A stretch of DNA of 64,000 nucleotides from Phormidium sp. (GTDB lineage: Bacteria; Cyanobacteriota; Cyanobacteriia; Cyanobacteriales; Aerosakkonemataceae): NCBI GenBank assembly GCA_051013385.1, contig CP143273.1, positions 1,472,001 to 1,536,000 of the forward strand. The letters are read 5' to 3'. Each line of letters opens with the position of its first letter. Within the stretch, counting starts at the first letter, position 1. Below, one piece after another: positions 8,730-18,731 of this stretch. The notes under the pieces are model-generated. The model did not search any database. It was given only the letters and a program-made list of their open reading frames with translations, and was not told the origin of the DNA. A program made the position numbers and the translations under genes.

Positions 8730-9455
8730 TTAGCGGGTAGAAGCTGAGGGTAGTTGATTAATTACTTTGTCAACTATTCCATATACTTTAGCTTCCTGCG
8801 CTGACATGAAAAAATCTCGATCGGTATCAACCTCGATTTTGTTTAGTGGTTGACCTGTTAGTTGAGCTAGTAAGCTGTTAAGTAAACTTCTTATATACAA
8901 GATTTCTTTAGCTGCGATCGCAACTTCACTTGCTTGTGCTCCAATACCATATCTTGAAGGTTGATGAATCATAATTCGTGAGTTAGGCATCGCAAAGCGC
9001 TTTCCTTTAGTACCGCTAGCTAACAAAAAGCTTGCCATTGAGCTACATTCTCCCAAACTAACCGTCACCACGTCAGATTTCAGCGATTTTATAGTGTCGT
9101 ATATCGCCAACCCTGGTTGTATGTCTCCACCCTCAGAGTTAATGTACAAATAAATATCTTTCCCAGGTGCTTTGGCATCTAGAAAAATTAATTGAGATGT
9201 AATTCTTTCTGCTAATTCAGCCGTTATTTCTCCAGTTAGAAGGACGATTCTTTTGCTGAGTAACCATTGAGAAATTTCTGGATCTATTTGTTTGTTCTTG
9301 AAAGATAGATCGATCGCATCCAGAAGTTGAGGTAAACTAAGCTTTGAACTAATTTCCTTAGAAGTTTGTCCCATCACTACATTCCGACTAAGAGTGGTAG
9401 TGAGAAGAGTTAAAGAAATAGAAGATACAATTGGCAAAAAAATTTTGAGACTCAT
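8730..9455 (-). CDS. clpP: ClpP-family protease subunit with an N-terminal hydrophobic extension
   Basis: DIYLYINSEGG, catalytic Ser (CSSMASFLL), His (MIHQP), Asp (DRDFFMS). Confidence 0.85.
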   Translation of the reverse strand: MSLKIFLPIVSSISLTLLTTTLSRNVVMGQTSKEISSKLSLPQLLDAIDLSFKNKQIDPEISQWLLSKRIVLLTGEITAELAERITSQLIFLDAKAPGKDIYLYINSEGGDIQPGLAIYDTIKSLKSDVVTVSLGECSSMASFLLASGTKGKRFAMPNSRIMIHQPSRYGIGAQASEVAIAAKEILYIRSLLNSLLAQLTGQPLNKIEVDTDRDFFMSAQEAKVYGIVDKVINQLPSASTR

Positions 9456-9600
9456 GTAGTTTATTTCTTACAAGCAACCTTATCATTATCCAGTGCTTCA
9501 ATCTATAATCAGGACTTTATTTAGCCTTTTGCACTACAAAAAGACTATGTACAAATACGTAATACCCCCGTTGCCCGTTCCCTGTTCCCTCTCTATGCTC

Positions 9601-9696
9601 AGATCTTGCACTCCTGGAGGTGGAACCTCCCACATCTGGTTCCCAGGTTCAACCTGGGAACGAAAAATAGAGGCTCTGCCTCCTGATGCAAGATCT
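9601..9696. repeat. short inverted-repeat element
   Basis: 10-bp ends AGATCTTGCA/TGCAAGATCT enclosing the GTTCCCAGGTTCAACCTGGGAAC hairpin. Confidence 0.55.
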
Positions 9697-9753
9697 CAGT
9701 ATGTAGATAACAAATCAGCGACAATATAAATACAGTGAATTTTTCAATGGCAA

Positions 9754-10320
9754 ATGAGTAAAGAAGACTGGCTAGAAATTGGTACGATCGTATCAGCCCA
9801 AGGTTTAAAAGGTGAAGTGCGGGTTTATCCAGAATCGGATTTTCCTGAACGTTTTGAAAAACCGGGGGAACGTTGGTTATTACACCCCAAGGAAACAGAA
9901 CCGCGATCGATCGAATTGCTCAGTGGTAGATACATTCCCCATAAAAATTTGTATATTGTGAAATTGGCGGGAGTGAGCGATCGCAACCAAGCAGAAGAAT
10001 TACAGGGATGTAAGTTAATGGTTCGGGCGAGCGATCGACCAACATTAGAAGCAGATGAATATCATGTTTTAGATTTAGTTGGTTTAGAAGTTTTCAATCA
10101 ATTAAATGGGGAAAAAGTTGGAGTTGTCTTAGATTTAATTCCCGCTGGTAATGACCTATTATTAGTCAGTCCTAATGATTCATCTGGAGTTGGTGAAAAA
10201 GGCGAAAAACAAAAGGAAATTTTAATTCCATTTGTCAAAGAGATTGTACCCATTGTAGATTTAGCAAATAAGCGAATTGAAATTAATCCCCCTCCCGGTT
10301 TGTTAGAAGTTAACAGATAG
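9754..10320 (+). CDS. rimM: ribosome maturation factor RimM
   Basis: IGTIVSAQGLKGEVRV, EYHVLDLVGL, ILIPFVKEIVP. Confidence 0.95.
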   Translation: MSKEDWLEIGTIVSAQGLKGEVRVYPESDFPERFEKPGERWLLHPKETEPRSIELLSGRYIPHKNLYIVKLAGVSDRNQAEELQGCKLMVRASDRPTLEADEYHVLDLVGLEVFNQLNGEKVGVVLDLIPAGNDLLLVSPNDSSGVGEKGEKQKEILIPFVKEIVPIVDLANKRIEINPPPGLLEVNR

Positions 10321-10339
10321 AATTAACCTTGGTGAATTT

Positions 10340-10393
10340 TGTGGGATGGGCATCTGTGGGATGGGCATCTGTGGGATGGGCATCTTGCCCGTC
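10340..10393. repeat. 15-bp tandem repeat TGTGGGATGGGCATC x3
   Basis: Direct reading. Related to the REP-like arm at 1324-1351. Confidence 0.8.
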
Positions 10394-10463
10394 AACAACC
10401 ACTCTTCCCCTTCAAAAAATACATTAACATTAACATAGAAAAACTTTCGGAAAAGTTCTGCTT

Positions 10464-10835
10464 ATGACAGGTGCTAGAAATGTTTTAGGGGGAGATTTGC
10501 AAACTTGTTGCACTTCACCAATGACGGGATTTTATCGTGATGGTAAATGTAACACGGGTGCAGGTGATATGGGTGCTCATATTGTTTGCGCTCAAGTAAC
10601 TGAAGAATTTCTTTCTTTTAGTAAAGCGAGAGGAAATGATTTATCTACACCAGTTCCAGCGTTTAATTTTCCTGGGTTAAAACCTGGCGATCGCTGGTGT
10701 CTTTGTGCCCTAAGATGGAAAGAAGCTCTAGATGCTGATGTTGCACCACCTGTAATTTTATCTTCTACCCATGCTTCAGCTGTGGAATATGTTTCCCTCA
10801 ATGAACTGAAAGCAAACGCTCTCGATCCTGTTTAA
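10464..10835 (+). CDS. DUF2237 family protein
   Basis: NVLG, PMTGFYRDG, FPGLKPGDRWCLCA. Confidence 0.9.
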   Translation: MTGARNVLGGDLQTCCTSPMTGFYRDGKCNTGAGDMGAHIVCAQVTEEFLSFSKARGNDLSTPVPAFNFPGLKPGDRWCLCALRWKEALDADVAPPVILSSTHASAVEYVSLNELKANALDPV

Positions 10836-10896
10836 AAATTGTCGGGTGGGCATTTTGCCCGCCAAATAAATATTATCAAAACTCATAAACAAACAA

Positions 10897-10987
10897 TACA
10901 CATCTCCAAAAAACCTTGTAGAGACGTTATATATAACGTCTCTACAAGGTTTCTAGGTAATGCACCTTTAATTTTAGGAGATGTCTA
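10897..10987. mobile_element. 91-bp MITE/REP-like element, inverted copy of 8534-8624
   Basis: Reverse complement aligns end to end with 8534-8624. Confidence 0.7.
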
Positions 10988-11100
10988 ATTAAACTAGAAT
11001 TAAATTTAGCTTAACTAAAGATCTAACAAAAGATACTGGCAGCAAAAGATTATCAAGAGTATCATCATTTACCAATTAGAAAAACTTAGGAAGTGGGTAA

Positions 11101-11802
11101 ATGGCTAAATTGATTTTACTCCGTCATGGTCAAAGTCTTTGGAATGCTGCGAACAAATTTACAGGTTGGGTAGATGTTCCTTTGAGTGAACAAGGGCGTG
11201 CCGAAGCGACAATTGCTTCTTGTAAACTTAAGAATAACAAATATCATGTTGATGTTTGTTTTACAAGTATGCTATTTCGAGCAATGGAAACCGCCGTTAT
11301 TTGTTTAACAGAATGTGATGAAATTTGTGGCGGTAAAACCCCAATTATTAAACATGATGCAAGTGACGAAGATTGGCATGGTTGGGATAAGTATGATGGC
11401 AGTCCAGAAGAAGAATTACCCATCTATCCTTGTTCATGTTTAGATGAACGTTATTATGGGGCATTGCAAGGGTTAAATAAAGCCCAAACTGTGGAAAAAT
11501 ATGGCAAAGAACAAGTTCATGAATGGCGACGTTCTTTCTCTGTACCTCCTCCGGGTGGCGAAAGTTTAGAAGATACAATGAAGCGAGCTTTACCATTTTT
11601 TCAAGACCGAATTCTTACTCATCTTAAGCATGGAGATAATGTGTTAATTGCGGCTCATGGTAACTCTTTACGGGCGATTATGATGGGTTTAGATAACTTA
11701 AGTCCAGAGGAAGTTACCAAACTAGAGTTAGCAACTGGTGTACCAACTGTTTACGATGTAGACGAGTCAGGAAAAGCGAGTAATAAGATAATTTTGGCGT
11801 AA
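11101..11802 (+). CDS. gpmA: 2,3-bisphosphoglycerate-dependent phosphoglycerate mutase
   Basis: LRHGQSLWN, FTGWVD, ERYYG, WRRS, AHGNSLR. Confidence 0.92.
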   Translation: MAKLILLRHGQSLWNAANKFTGWVDVPLSEQGRAEATIASCKLKNNKYHVDVCFTSMLFRAMETAVICLTECDEICGGKTPIIKHDASDEDWHGWDKYDGSPEEELPIYPCSCLDERYYGALQGLNKAQTVEKYGKEQVHEWRRSFSVPPPGGESLEDTMKRALPFFQDRILTHLKHGDNVLIAAHGNSLRAIMMGLDNLSPEEVTKLELATGVPTVYDVDESGKASNKIILA

Positions 11803-11865
11803 GTTCGTTGTGAGGACTTTAGTCCTTCTATGTAGCAAAAAAGGACTAAAGTCCTCACAACAAAC
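11803..11865. repeat. REP-like inverted repeat
   Basis: GTTGTGAGGACTTTAGTCCTT...AAGGACTAAAGTCCTCACAAC. A degenerate relative lies at 30149-30206. Confidence 0.75.
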
Positions 11866-12071
11866 AAATTTAAAGATTTGAGCCTGTTTAGTTACTTTTT
11901 AGTAACAGCGAAAAAATCAAGGGTTTAGCTGTTAAGTGAATTTTTTGACTTCTTATATAAAACTTTGTAAAAACTTATCGAACTATAGTAATTTTACGGA
12001 GTGATTCGGGAATAATAAGAAGGAGAATAAAGTAATTGATAAATTTGCCTGGTTAAGCGAGGCTGGGGATA

Positions 12072-15000
12072 ATGAATTCTCAAATAGTGACTGCAAATGG
12101 GTTAGGTTGGGCAAATATAGACCGATTTTTTGAACTATCGGTTGATTTACTTTGTATAGCTAGTTTTGATGGTTATTTTCAGCTTTTAAACCCAGCTTGG
12201 GAGAGAACGCTAGGTTTTACACAAGCTGAACTGATGGCAAAACCCTTTATTGAATTTGTACATCCAGAAGATCAAGCTGCGACTATTGCAGAAACCCAAA
12301 AATTAACCACAGGTGCAAAAGCTATTTCTTTTGAGAATCGTTATCTTTGTAAAGATGGTTCTTACAAGTGGTTGTCTTGGAATACCAACCCTTGTTCAGA
12401 GGAAGGGTTGTTGTATGCTGTTGCTCATGATGTTACCAAACGTAAGGAGACAGAAAACTCTCTCAACCGCTTGGCGCAAATTTTAGAAACTACAACTGAT
12501 TTTGTGGGTACTTACGACATTCGCCAAGGAAAGGGAGTTTACTTGAACCAAGCGGCGCGTCGGATGTTGGGCGTAGATATAGATGAAGAGCTCCCTACAG
12601 CAGATTTCTCTGAGGTACACCCAGAATGGGTAAATAAAATTCTTAGGGAAGAAGCTTTTCCCACTGTGTTAGGTGAGGGTATTTGGAGTGGGGAAATAGC
12701 TTTTTTAAATAAAAATGGTCAAGAAATTCCGGTTTCTCAAGTAATTTTAGCTCATAAAGATGCTAATGGCCTGCCGGAATTAATTTCTACTATTGCGCGT
12801 GATATTAGCGAACAGCAAGCGGCGCTGCGCGATCGCAAACAAGTAGAACAAACTTTATTAGCAACTCAGGAAAAATTACAACATTTAATTTCTTATAGTC
12901 CAGTGGTTATTTATAGTTGCCAAGCGTCAGGTAATTTTGGTGCTAGCTTCATCAGCGAAAATGTTACGGGGATGATGGGTTACGAACCAAGGCAATTTAT
13001 CGAAGATTCCTCATTTTGGGTTAATCATATTTTTCCCGAAGATCGATCGCGCGTTTTTGATGGATTATCTCATTTATTGGAAAATTGCTGTCACTCTCAT
13101 GAATATCGCTTCCTCTATAATGATGGCAAATATCATTGGGTACATGATGAATTAAAGTTAGTTAAAGATGCTGATGGGAAGGTGCTGGAAATTATCGGTT
13201 GTTGGCGCGATGTGAGCGAACAGCAAGCTGCGCTACGCGAACGCAAACAAATGGAAGCCGCACTTAAACAAGCTAACGAAACTTTAGAAATTCGCGTTCA
13301 AGAACGGACTGCTCAATTAAATAGCTTAGTTTTGCAATTAGAAAATGAAATAAAACAACGCCAACAAGCAGAGTCAACTTTATATAATAGTGAATCTCGA
13401 CTCAATAGTATTTTGAATTCCCTGCATGATGTAGTGTGGTCAGTTTCTCCCCAAACTTTACAAGCCTTGTATATTAATCCGGCTGCTGAAAAAGTATATA
13501 AACGTTCATGTAAAGAATTCTTTGAAAATCATAATTTATGGTTAGAAGTAGTTCATCCCGAAGATAGAGAGATTGCTATTAACAGTAACCTCCGAGTTTT
13601 AAGTGAAGGAAAAAGCGAAGTTGAGTACCGCATTATTCAACCTGATGGCAAAGTGCGTTGGATACACTCTCGCGCTTGGTTGATTTATGATGAAACAGGT
13701 GCAACTATTCGCATAGATGGTTTATCCGCAGATATTACCGATCGCAAACAAGCCGAAGCAGCTTTAGAAGTAAGTGAGTCGCGCCTCAACAGTATTTTTA
13801 CTTCTTTAAAAGATGCAGTGTGGTCAGTTTCAGCGACTACATTTCAGATTTTATACCTCAATCCAGCCACAGAAAAACTTTATGGTAGATCCTGCCAAGA
13901 ATTTTATGAAAACTCGAAATTGTGGGTAGAAACTGTTCATCCAGAAGACCGCGAATTTGCTTTTAGACATCATCAAACACTGTTAGAAACTGGAAATAAA
14001 GAAATTGAATATCGGATTATTCGACCTAATGGCGAAGTGCGTTGGATTCTCGATCGCGCCTGGTTAATCTATGATGAAAACGGTAAATTGCTGCGGATTG
14101 ATGGCGTAGCTTCTGATATCACGGAACGTAAGGAAGCCGAAGAAAAATTGCGTCAAGCTACCGCCGAATTAAAAGCAATTTTTGAAGCTTTACCTGATAT
14201 GTATTTCCGCCTAAATGTAGAGGGAAGTATATTAGATTTTATCACTGGAAAATCACAAACATTGTATTTGCCACCATCTGAATTTATCGGCAAAACAATG
14301 GGAGAAATCTTTCCTCCAGATTTAGCAAATAAATTCTACAATGCTATAGATAAAGTATCGCAAACTAAATCTTTTTCTAGTTGCGAATATTCCTTACAAA
14401 TGCCCGAAGGCGAACGTTTTTATGAAGCCAGGTATTTACCTTTATTGGAAAATCAAATAATTGCCGTAGTCCGAGATATTACTCAGCGAAAAGAAGCTGA
14501 ACAAGCACAAGCTAGATTAATTGCCATTTTAGAAGCAACACCTGATTTTGTTGGTATTGGCACTGCTGAAGGACGAAATATTTACATAAATAAAGCAGGT
14601 CGGCAAATGGTGGGAGTAGGGGAAAATGAAGATATTAGTACTACTTGCTTCCAAGATTATCACCCAGAATCAGTAATGGAATTGCTCGTTAATGAAGGAT
14701 TACCAATTGCCATTAAAAAAGGTTCATGGAGTGGCGAAACTGCATTATTGCATCAAAATGGTAGCTTAATTCCTACTTCTCAAGTAGTGATGAGTCATAA
14801 ATCGGAAAATGGGCAAGTTGAATATTTTTCCACAATTATGCGGGATATTAGCGAACGCAAAAAATCCGAAGGACTGTTAGCCAAACAAGAGCGAACTTTA
14901 AGAGCAATTTTGGATAACACACCGATTTGGATTTGGATGACCGATCCCAACGGAAAAATGCAATTTATTAACAGAACTTTCTGCGAAAATGTGGGTGTTC

Positions 15001-16697
15001 CAGAGTCGATATTTTTGGCAGCTAGCCACTATTCCGAAATTCTAGGAGAACAAGAATCTGCCAATTGTATGGCTTCAGATGCAGCTACTTGGGCGCAAGA
15101 AACACCATATCAAACAGAGGAAATTTTACCCTTTGTTGATGGGAAATTGCATTATTTAGAAGTTACTAAAGCTATAATTAAAGATGCCAATGGTAAAGGA
15201 ATTGGTTTAATTGGTTTAGGGGTTGATGCTACAGAAAGAAAACTCCAAGCAGAAGAACTTTTGCGATCGGAAGCTAGATACAGACAACTAGCACAAAGGG
15301 AAGCATTACTGAATCGTTTAGCTAGCGACATCCGTAAATCATTGGATGTTAATACAATTTTGAAAACAATTGTCTGCGAAATTCAAAGCTTATTACAAGT
15401 TGAACAATGTAACTTTGCTTGGTATTGTCAACAGACAAATCCACCAGCTTGCAATGTGGTAGCAGAAGCACAAATATCAAGTATACCTAGTCAAATTGGT
15501 AAGCGTCCAATTAAAGCTAATTCCCTAATCAATCAATTGTTAAATCGGCAAATGATTTGTGTTTCGGATATGGGAAATGCCGCTAATTTAGAATGCCGAG
15601 AATTATACCGGGAATGGGGTTTTGCTGCTTTATTAGCCTTGCCAATTAAAATGCCTTCTGGAGAAATGGGATTACTTAGTTGTGCTCAATATAATGAGGC
15701 AAGATATTGGAGCGAAGATGAAGTAGAATTGTTGCAAGCTGTGAGCGATCAATTAGCGATCGCTCTTTCCCAAGCAGAACTCTACACCCAAGCGCAAAAT
15801 TCCGCCAAAGAAGCCCAACAAAAAGCCCAAGAATTAGAGTTAACTTTGCATCAATTACAACAAACTCAAGCCCAACTAATTCAAACCGAAAAAATGTCCT
15901 CTTTAGGGCAATTAGTAGCAGGTGTCGCTCACGAAATTAATAACCCCGTTAACTTTATTTACGGTAACTTGACACACGCTGAACAATACGCTTCTGAATT
16001 GCTCAACTTAATTGAACTTTACCAAAAACACTATGCCCAACCTCCCGCAGAAATTGCCCAAGAGATTGAAGAAATCGATTTAGATTTCCTCACCAGCGAC
16101 TTACCTAAATTATTAGGCTCAATGAAAATGGGAGCCGAACGTATCCGGCAAATTGTCCTAAGTTTACGCAATTTCTCCCGGTTAGATGAAGCAGAAATGA
16201 AAGATGTAGACATTCATGAAGGAATTGATAATACATTATTAATTCTGCAAAATCGGATTAAAGCAAAAAGCGATCGTCCAGCAATAGAAATTGTTAAACA
16301 ATATGGCAAACTACCTTTAGTACAATGTTACGCCGGACAATTAAATCAAGTATTTATGAACATCATCAACAATTCTGTTGATGCCTTGGAAATGAAACAT
16401 TGGGAAAAAGCTCAACCACCCTTACCAACAATCATTATTGAAACCAAACTTTCTGCTAGTAAAACTCATGCTATTATCTCCATTACTGATAATGGCCCAG
16501 GAATGTCAGAACAAGTAAAAACTCACTTATTTGACCCATTCTTTACTACCAAAGCCGTTGGCAAAGGCACAGGTTTAGGATTATCTATTAGTTACCAAAT
16601 CGTAGTAGAAAAACATCAAGGAACCCTCAAATGCGAATCTCAAATTAACCAAGGCTCAACCTTTATCATTGAAATCCCCATTCATCAAACCAATTAA
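12072..16697 (+). CDS. multi-PAS/PAC + GAF sensor histidine kinase
   Basis: About eight PAS/PAC repeats, a GAF domain, H-box GVAHEINNP, QVFMN, DNGPG, FDPFFTTK, GTGLGL. No TM segment. Confidence 0.93.
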   Translation: MNSQIVTANGLGWANIDRFFELSVDLLCIASFDGYFQLLNPAWERTLGFTQAELMAKPFIEFVHPEDQAATIAETQKLTTGAKAISFENRYLCKDGSYKWLSWNTNPCSEEGLLYAVAHDVTKRKETENSLNRLAQILETTTDFVGTYDIRQGKGVYLNQAARRMLGVDIDEELPTADFSEVHPEWVNKILREEAFPTVLGEGIWSGEIAFLNKNGQEIPVSQVILAHKDANGLPELISTIARDISEQQAALRDRKQVEQTLLATQEKLQHLISYSPVVIYSCQASGNFGASFISENVTGMMGYEPRQFIEDSSFWVNHIFPEDRSRVFDGLSHLLENCCHSHEYRFLYNDGKYHWVHDELKLVKDADGKVLEIIGCWRDVSEQQAALRERKQMEAALKQANETLEIRVQERTAQLNSLVLQLENEIKQRQQAESTLYNSESRLNSILNSLHDVVWSVSPQTLQALYINPAAEKVYKRSCKEFFENHNLWLEVVHPEDREIAINSNLRVLSEGKSEVEYRIIQPDGKVRWIHSRAWLIYDETGATIRIDGLSADITDRKQAEAALEVSESRLNSIFTSLKDAVWSVSATTFQILYLNPATEKLYGRSCQEFYENSKLWVETVHPEDREFAFRHHQTLLETGNKEIEYRIIRPNGEVRWILDRAWLIYDENGKLLRIDGVASDITERKEAEEKLRQATAELKAIFEALPDMYFRLNVEGSILDFITGKSQTLYLPPSEFIGKTMGEIFPPDLANKFYNAIDKVSQTKSFSSCEYSLQMPEGERFYEARYLPLLENQIIAVVRDITQRKEAEQAQARLIAILEATPDFVGIGTAEGRNIYINKAGRQMVGVGENEDISTTCFQDYHPESVMELLVNEGLPIAIKKGSWSGETALLHQNGSLIPTSQVVMSHKSENGQVEYFSTIMRDISERKKSEGLLAKQERTLRAILDNTPIWIWMTDPNGKMQFINRTFCENVGVPESIFLAASHYSEILGEQESANCMASDAATWAQETPYQTEEILPFVDGKLHYLEVTKAIIKDANGKGIGLIGLGVDATERKLQAEELLRSEARYRQLAQREALLNRLASDIRKSLDVNTILKTIVCEIQSLLQVEQCNFAWYCQQTNPPACNVVAEAQISSIPSQIGKRPIKANSLINQLLNRQMICVSDMGNAANLECRELYREWGFAALLALPIKMPSGEMGLLSCAQYNEARYWSEDEVELLQAVSDQLAIALSQAELYTQAQNSAKEAQQKAQELELTLHQLQQTQAQLIQTEKMSSLGQLVAGVAHEINNPVNFIYGNLTHAEQYASELLNLIELYQKHYAQPPAEIAQEIEEIDLDFLTSDLPKLLGSMKMGAERIRQIVLSLRNFSRLDEAEMKDVDIHEGIDNTLLILQNRIKAKSDRPAIEIVKQYGKLPLVQCYAGQLNQVFMNIINNSVDALEMKHWEKAQPPLPTIIIETKLSASKTHAIISITDNGPGMSEQVKTHLFDPFFTTKAVGKGTGLGLSISYQIVVEKHQGTLKCESQINQGSTFIIEIPIHQTN

Positions 16698-16702
16698 GTC
16701 TT

Positions 16703-16833
16703 TTGTAACGACTTGAGTCGTTTCCTGAACTTATAAAAGCACGCTCAGTGCTTACAACGAACCAGGTCTGTTGTAACGACTTGAGTCGTTTCCTGAACTC
16801 ATAAAAGCACGCTCAGTGCTTACAACGAACCAG
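16703..16833. repeat. tandem duplication of a 63-bp REP-like unit
   Basis: 16703-16765 and 16771-16833 differ at one base. Confidence 0.85.
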
Positions 16834-16979
16834 TTTATAACTCACGATAGAGTATTCTTCCTCACAATTACTTCTTTAGACACAGGATGTAAATTTTTGC
16901 TTCCTCTAAGCTAAAAATAACAGTGATTAAAGATTGTTCAACCGCAGTTTTTAGCTATTTACGAGAGAGGAATAAACTC

Positions 16980-17669
16980 ATGTTCTTTCATAAAAAAGAA
17001 ACAATTCATACAGTCAAGATCAACGATCCAAATCCTCGGTTCGCACAACTACTTTTAGAGCAATTTGGCGGAGCAACTGGAGAATTAACCGCCGCTTTAC
17101 AATACTGGGTTCAGTCTTTTCACTGTGAACATCCGGGAATTCGCGATATGTTACAAGATATCGCCATTGAAGAATTTAGTCACTTAGAAATGGTGGGTAA
17201 ATTAATTGAAGGACATACTAAAAATGCCGATCAAACAGAAGCTTATAAAAGCACATTGTTTGCCTTGCGTGGTATAGGCCCACACTTTTTAGATAGTCAA
17301 GGAGTTTCTTGGACTGCGGCTTATATTAACGAAGGTGGCGATGTTGTACGCGACTTACGAGCAGACATTGCTGCGGAAGCTGGTGCTCGTCAAACCTACG
17401 AAGAATTGATTAAATTAGCACCTGATGAAGGCACTAAAAACACTTTGGTACATTTGCTAACTCGCGAAATTTCTCACACCAAAATGTTTATGGAAGCTTT
17501 GCAATCTTTAGGTAAGCTAACCGATCCTTTCTTTGGTAATATTCAACCGGATCAAAGTGTCGATATTTACTACAACTTATCTCAAAACGGTAAGGATGAG
17601 CGTGGGCCTTGGAATTCCGAGCCTAGCTTCCGATATGTTGCTAATCCATTGTCGGAAAAGCAATCCTAA
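16980..17669 (+). CDS. katB: manganese catalase
   Basis: GAGAGG SD before ATG 16980. MFFHKKE, EQFGGATGEL, EEFSHLE, REISH metal ligands. Confidence 0.9.
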   Translation: MFFHKKETIHTVKINDPNPRFAQLLLEQFGGATGELTAALQYWVQSFHCEHPGIRDMLQDIAIEEFSHLEMVGKLIEGHTKNADQTEAYKSTLFALRGIGPHFLDSQGVSWTAAYINEGGDVVRDLRADIAAEAGARQTYEELIKLAPDEGTKNTLVHLLTREISHTKMFMEALQSLGKLTDPFFGNIQPDQSVDIYYNLSQNGKDERGPWNSEPSFRYVANPLSEKQS

Positions 17670-17705
17670 CCACAGAAAGTTAAAGACAGGGAAACTTGAA
17701 CAAAC

Positions 17706-17752
17706 AAAAGGGAGAAGTTTGGCGATCGATTCTCGCCAAACTTCTCTCTTTT
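17706..17752 (+). terminator. intrinsic terminator after Mn-catalase
   Basis: GAGAAGTTTGGCGA/TCGCCAAACTTCTC 14-bp stem followed by TCTTTT. Confidence 0.7.
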
Positions 17753-17936
17753 CATAAAATTTCTGAATAAAGCTTTTTTTTACCATAAAAAATATGTATA
17801 ATGACAGAAATATTCGATCGCTAAACCTAGACCAAAATGCCAAAGACTTAGATTAGAAACAGTTTATACAGAAAAATCACAAACTCCAAGATATTTATAA
17901 AAAAAGATATCTGAGCCAACGCTTCCATTTAGGATT

Positions 17937-18731
17937 GTGCCCTTGCTATCTGCTTACTTACTTGTCACTCACGGAAGTCGTGACCCTCGTCCCCAAGCTG
18001 CCGTAGAGCAATTAGCGCAATTGCTTTGCCAAAAATTACGCGGGGAAATGCTCACCAAAACTCAGGAACTCACAAATACCGAAACATTAACAAACTCATC
18101 TGTTAATGTGGTAACAGTTAGAGAACCGTTGGTGGGTACAGCTTGTTTAGAATTAGCACCTTTGCCATTGCATGAACAAATTCAACAGTTTGGTAAATAT
18201 GCTTCTTCCGCTGGTTTCAAGCATATTCAAATATTGCCATTATTTCTGCTACCGGGAGTTCATGTTATGGAAGATATCCCCGCAGAAGTAACAAAAGCAA
18301 GGGAAAATTTTGGTTCTGACTTAACAATGGAAGTGCGCCCTTACTTGGGATTTCATCCCCAAATTAGTCAGGTATTAACTTCTAACTTGCAGGGTTTTAA
18401 CGCCGATGCGTGGATTTTGTTATCTCATGGAAGCCGCCGTCAAGGTGCTAATTATCCAGTGGAAGCATTAGCAAATCAATTAGGAGCATTAGTAGCTTAT
18501 TGGTCTGTAGCACCAAGTTGGGAATCTCAGGCAAAAAGTTTACTAATTAAAGGAAAAAAACGCATTGGCATTTTGCCTTATTTCCTATTTTCTGGGGGAA
18601 TTACTGATGCGATCGCACAATCAGTCAAACAAATTAAACAAGAGTACCCAGCGGTTAAATTTCATTTAGCAAAACCCTTGGGAGCCACCTCTGAATTAGC
18701 AGAATTAATCTGGGATTTAACGAGCAAATGA
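17937..18731 (+). CDS. cbiX: sirohydrochlorin chelatase, CbiX family
   Basis: Two HGSR motifs, PLFLLPGVHV, PYFLF. ATGA overlap with cobA. Confidence 0.85.
   Translation: MPLLSAYLLVTHGSRDPRPQAAVEQLAQLLCQKLRGEMLTKTQELTNTETLTNSSVNVVTVREPLVGTACLELAPLPLHEQIQQFGKYASSAGFKHIQILPLFLLPGVHVMEDIPAEVTKARENFGSDLTMEVRPYLGFHPQISQVLTSNLQGFNADAWILLSHGSRRQGANYPVEALANQLGALVAYWSVAPSWESQAKSLLIKGKKRIGILPYFLFSGGITDAIAQSVKQIKQEYPAVKFHLAKPLGATSELAELIWDLTSK

Noticed and set aside
9493..9729. 78-aa ORF
   Set aside because: Runs through STRR-like and inverted-repeat DNA in a divergent promoter region.
16703..16833. two-repeat mini CRISPR
   Set aside because: The whole unit is duplicated, including the would-be spacer.
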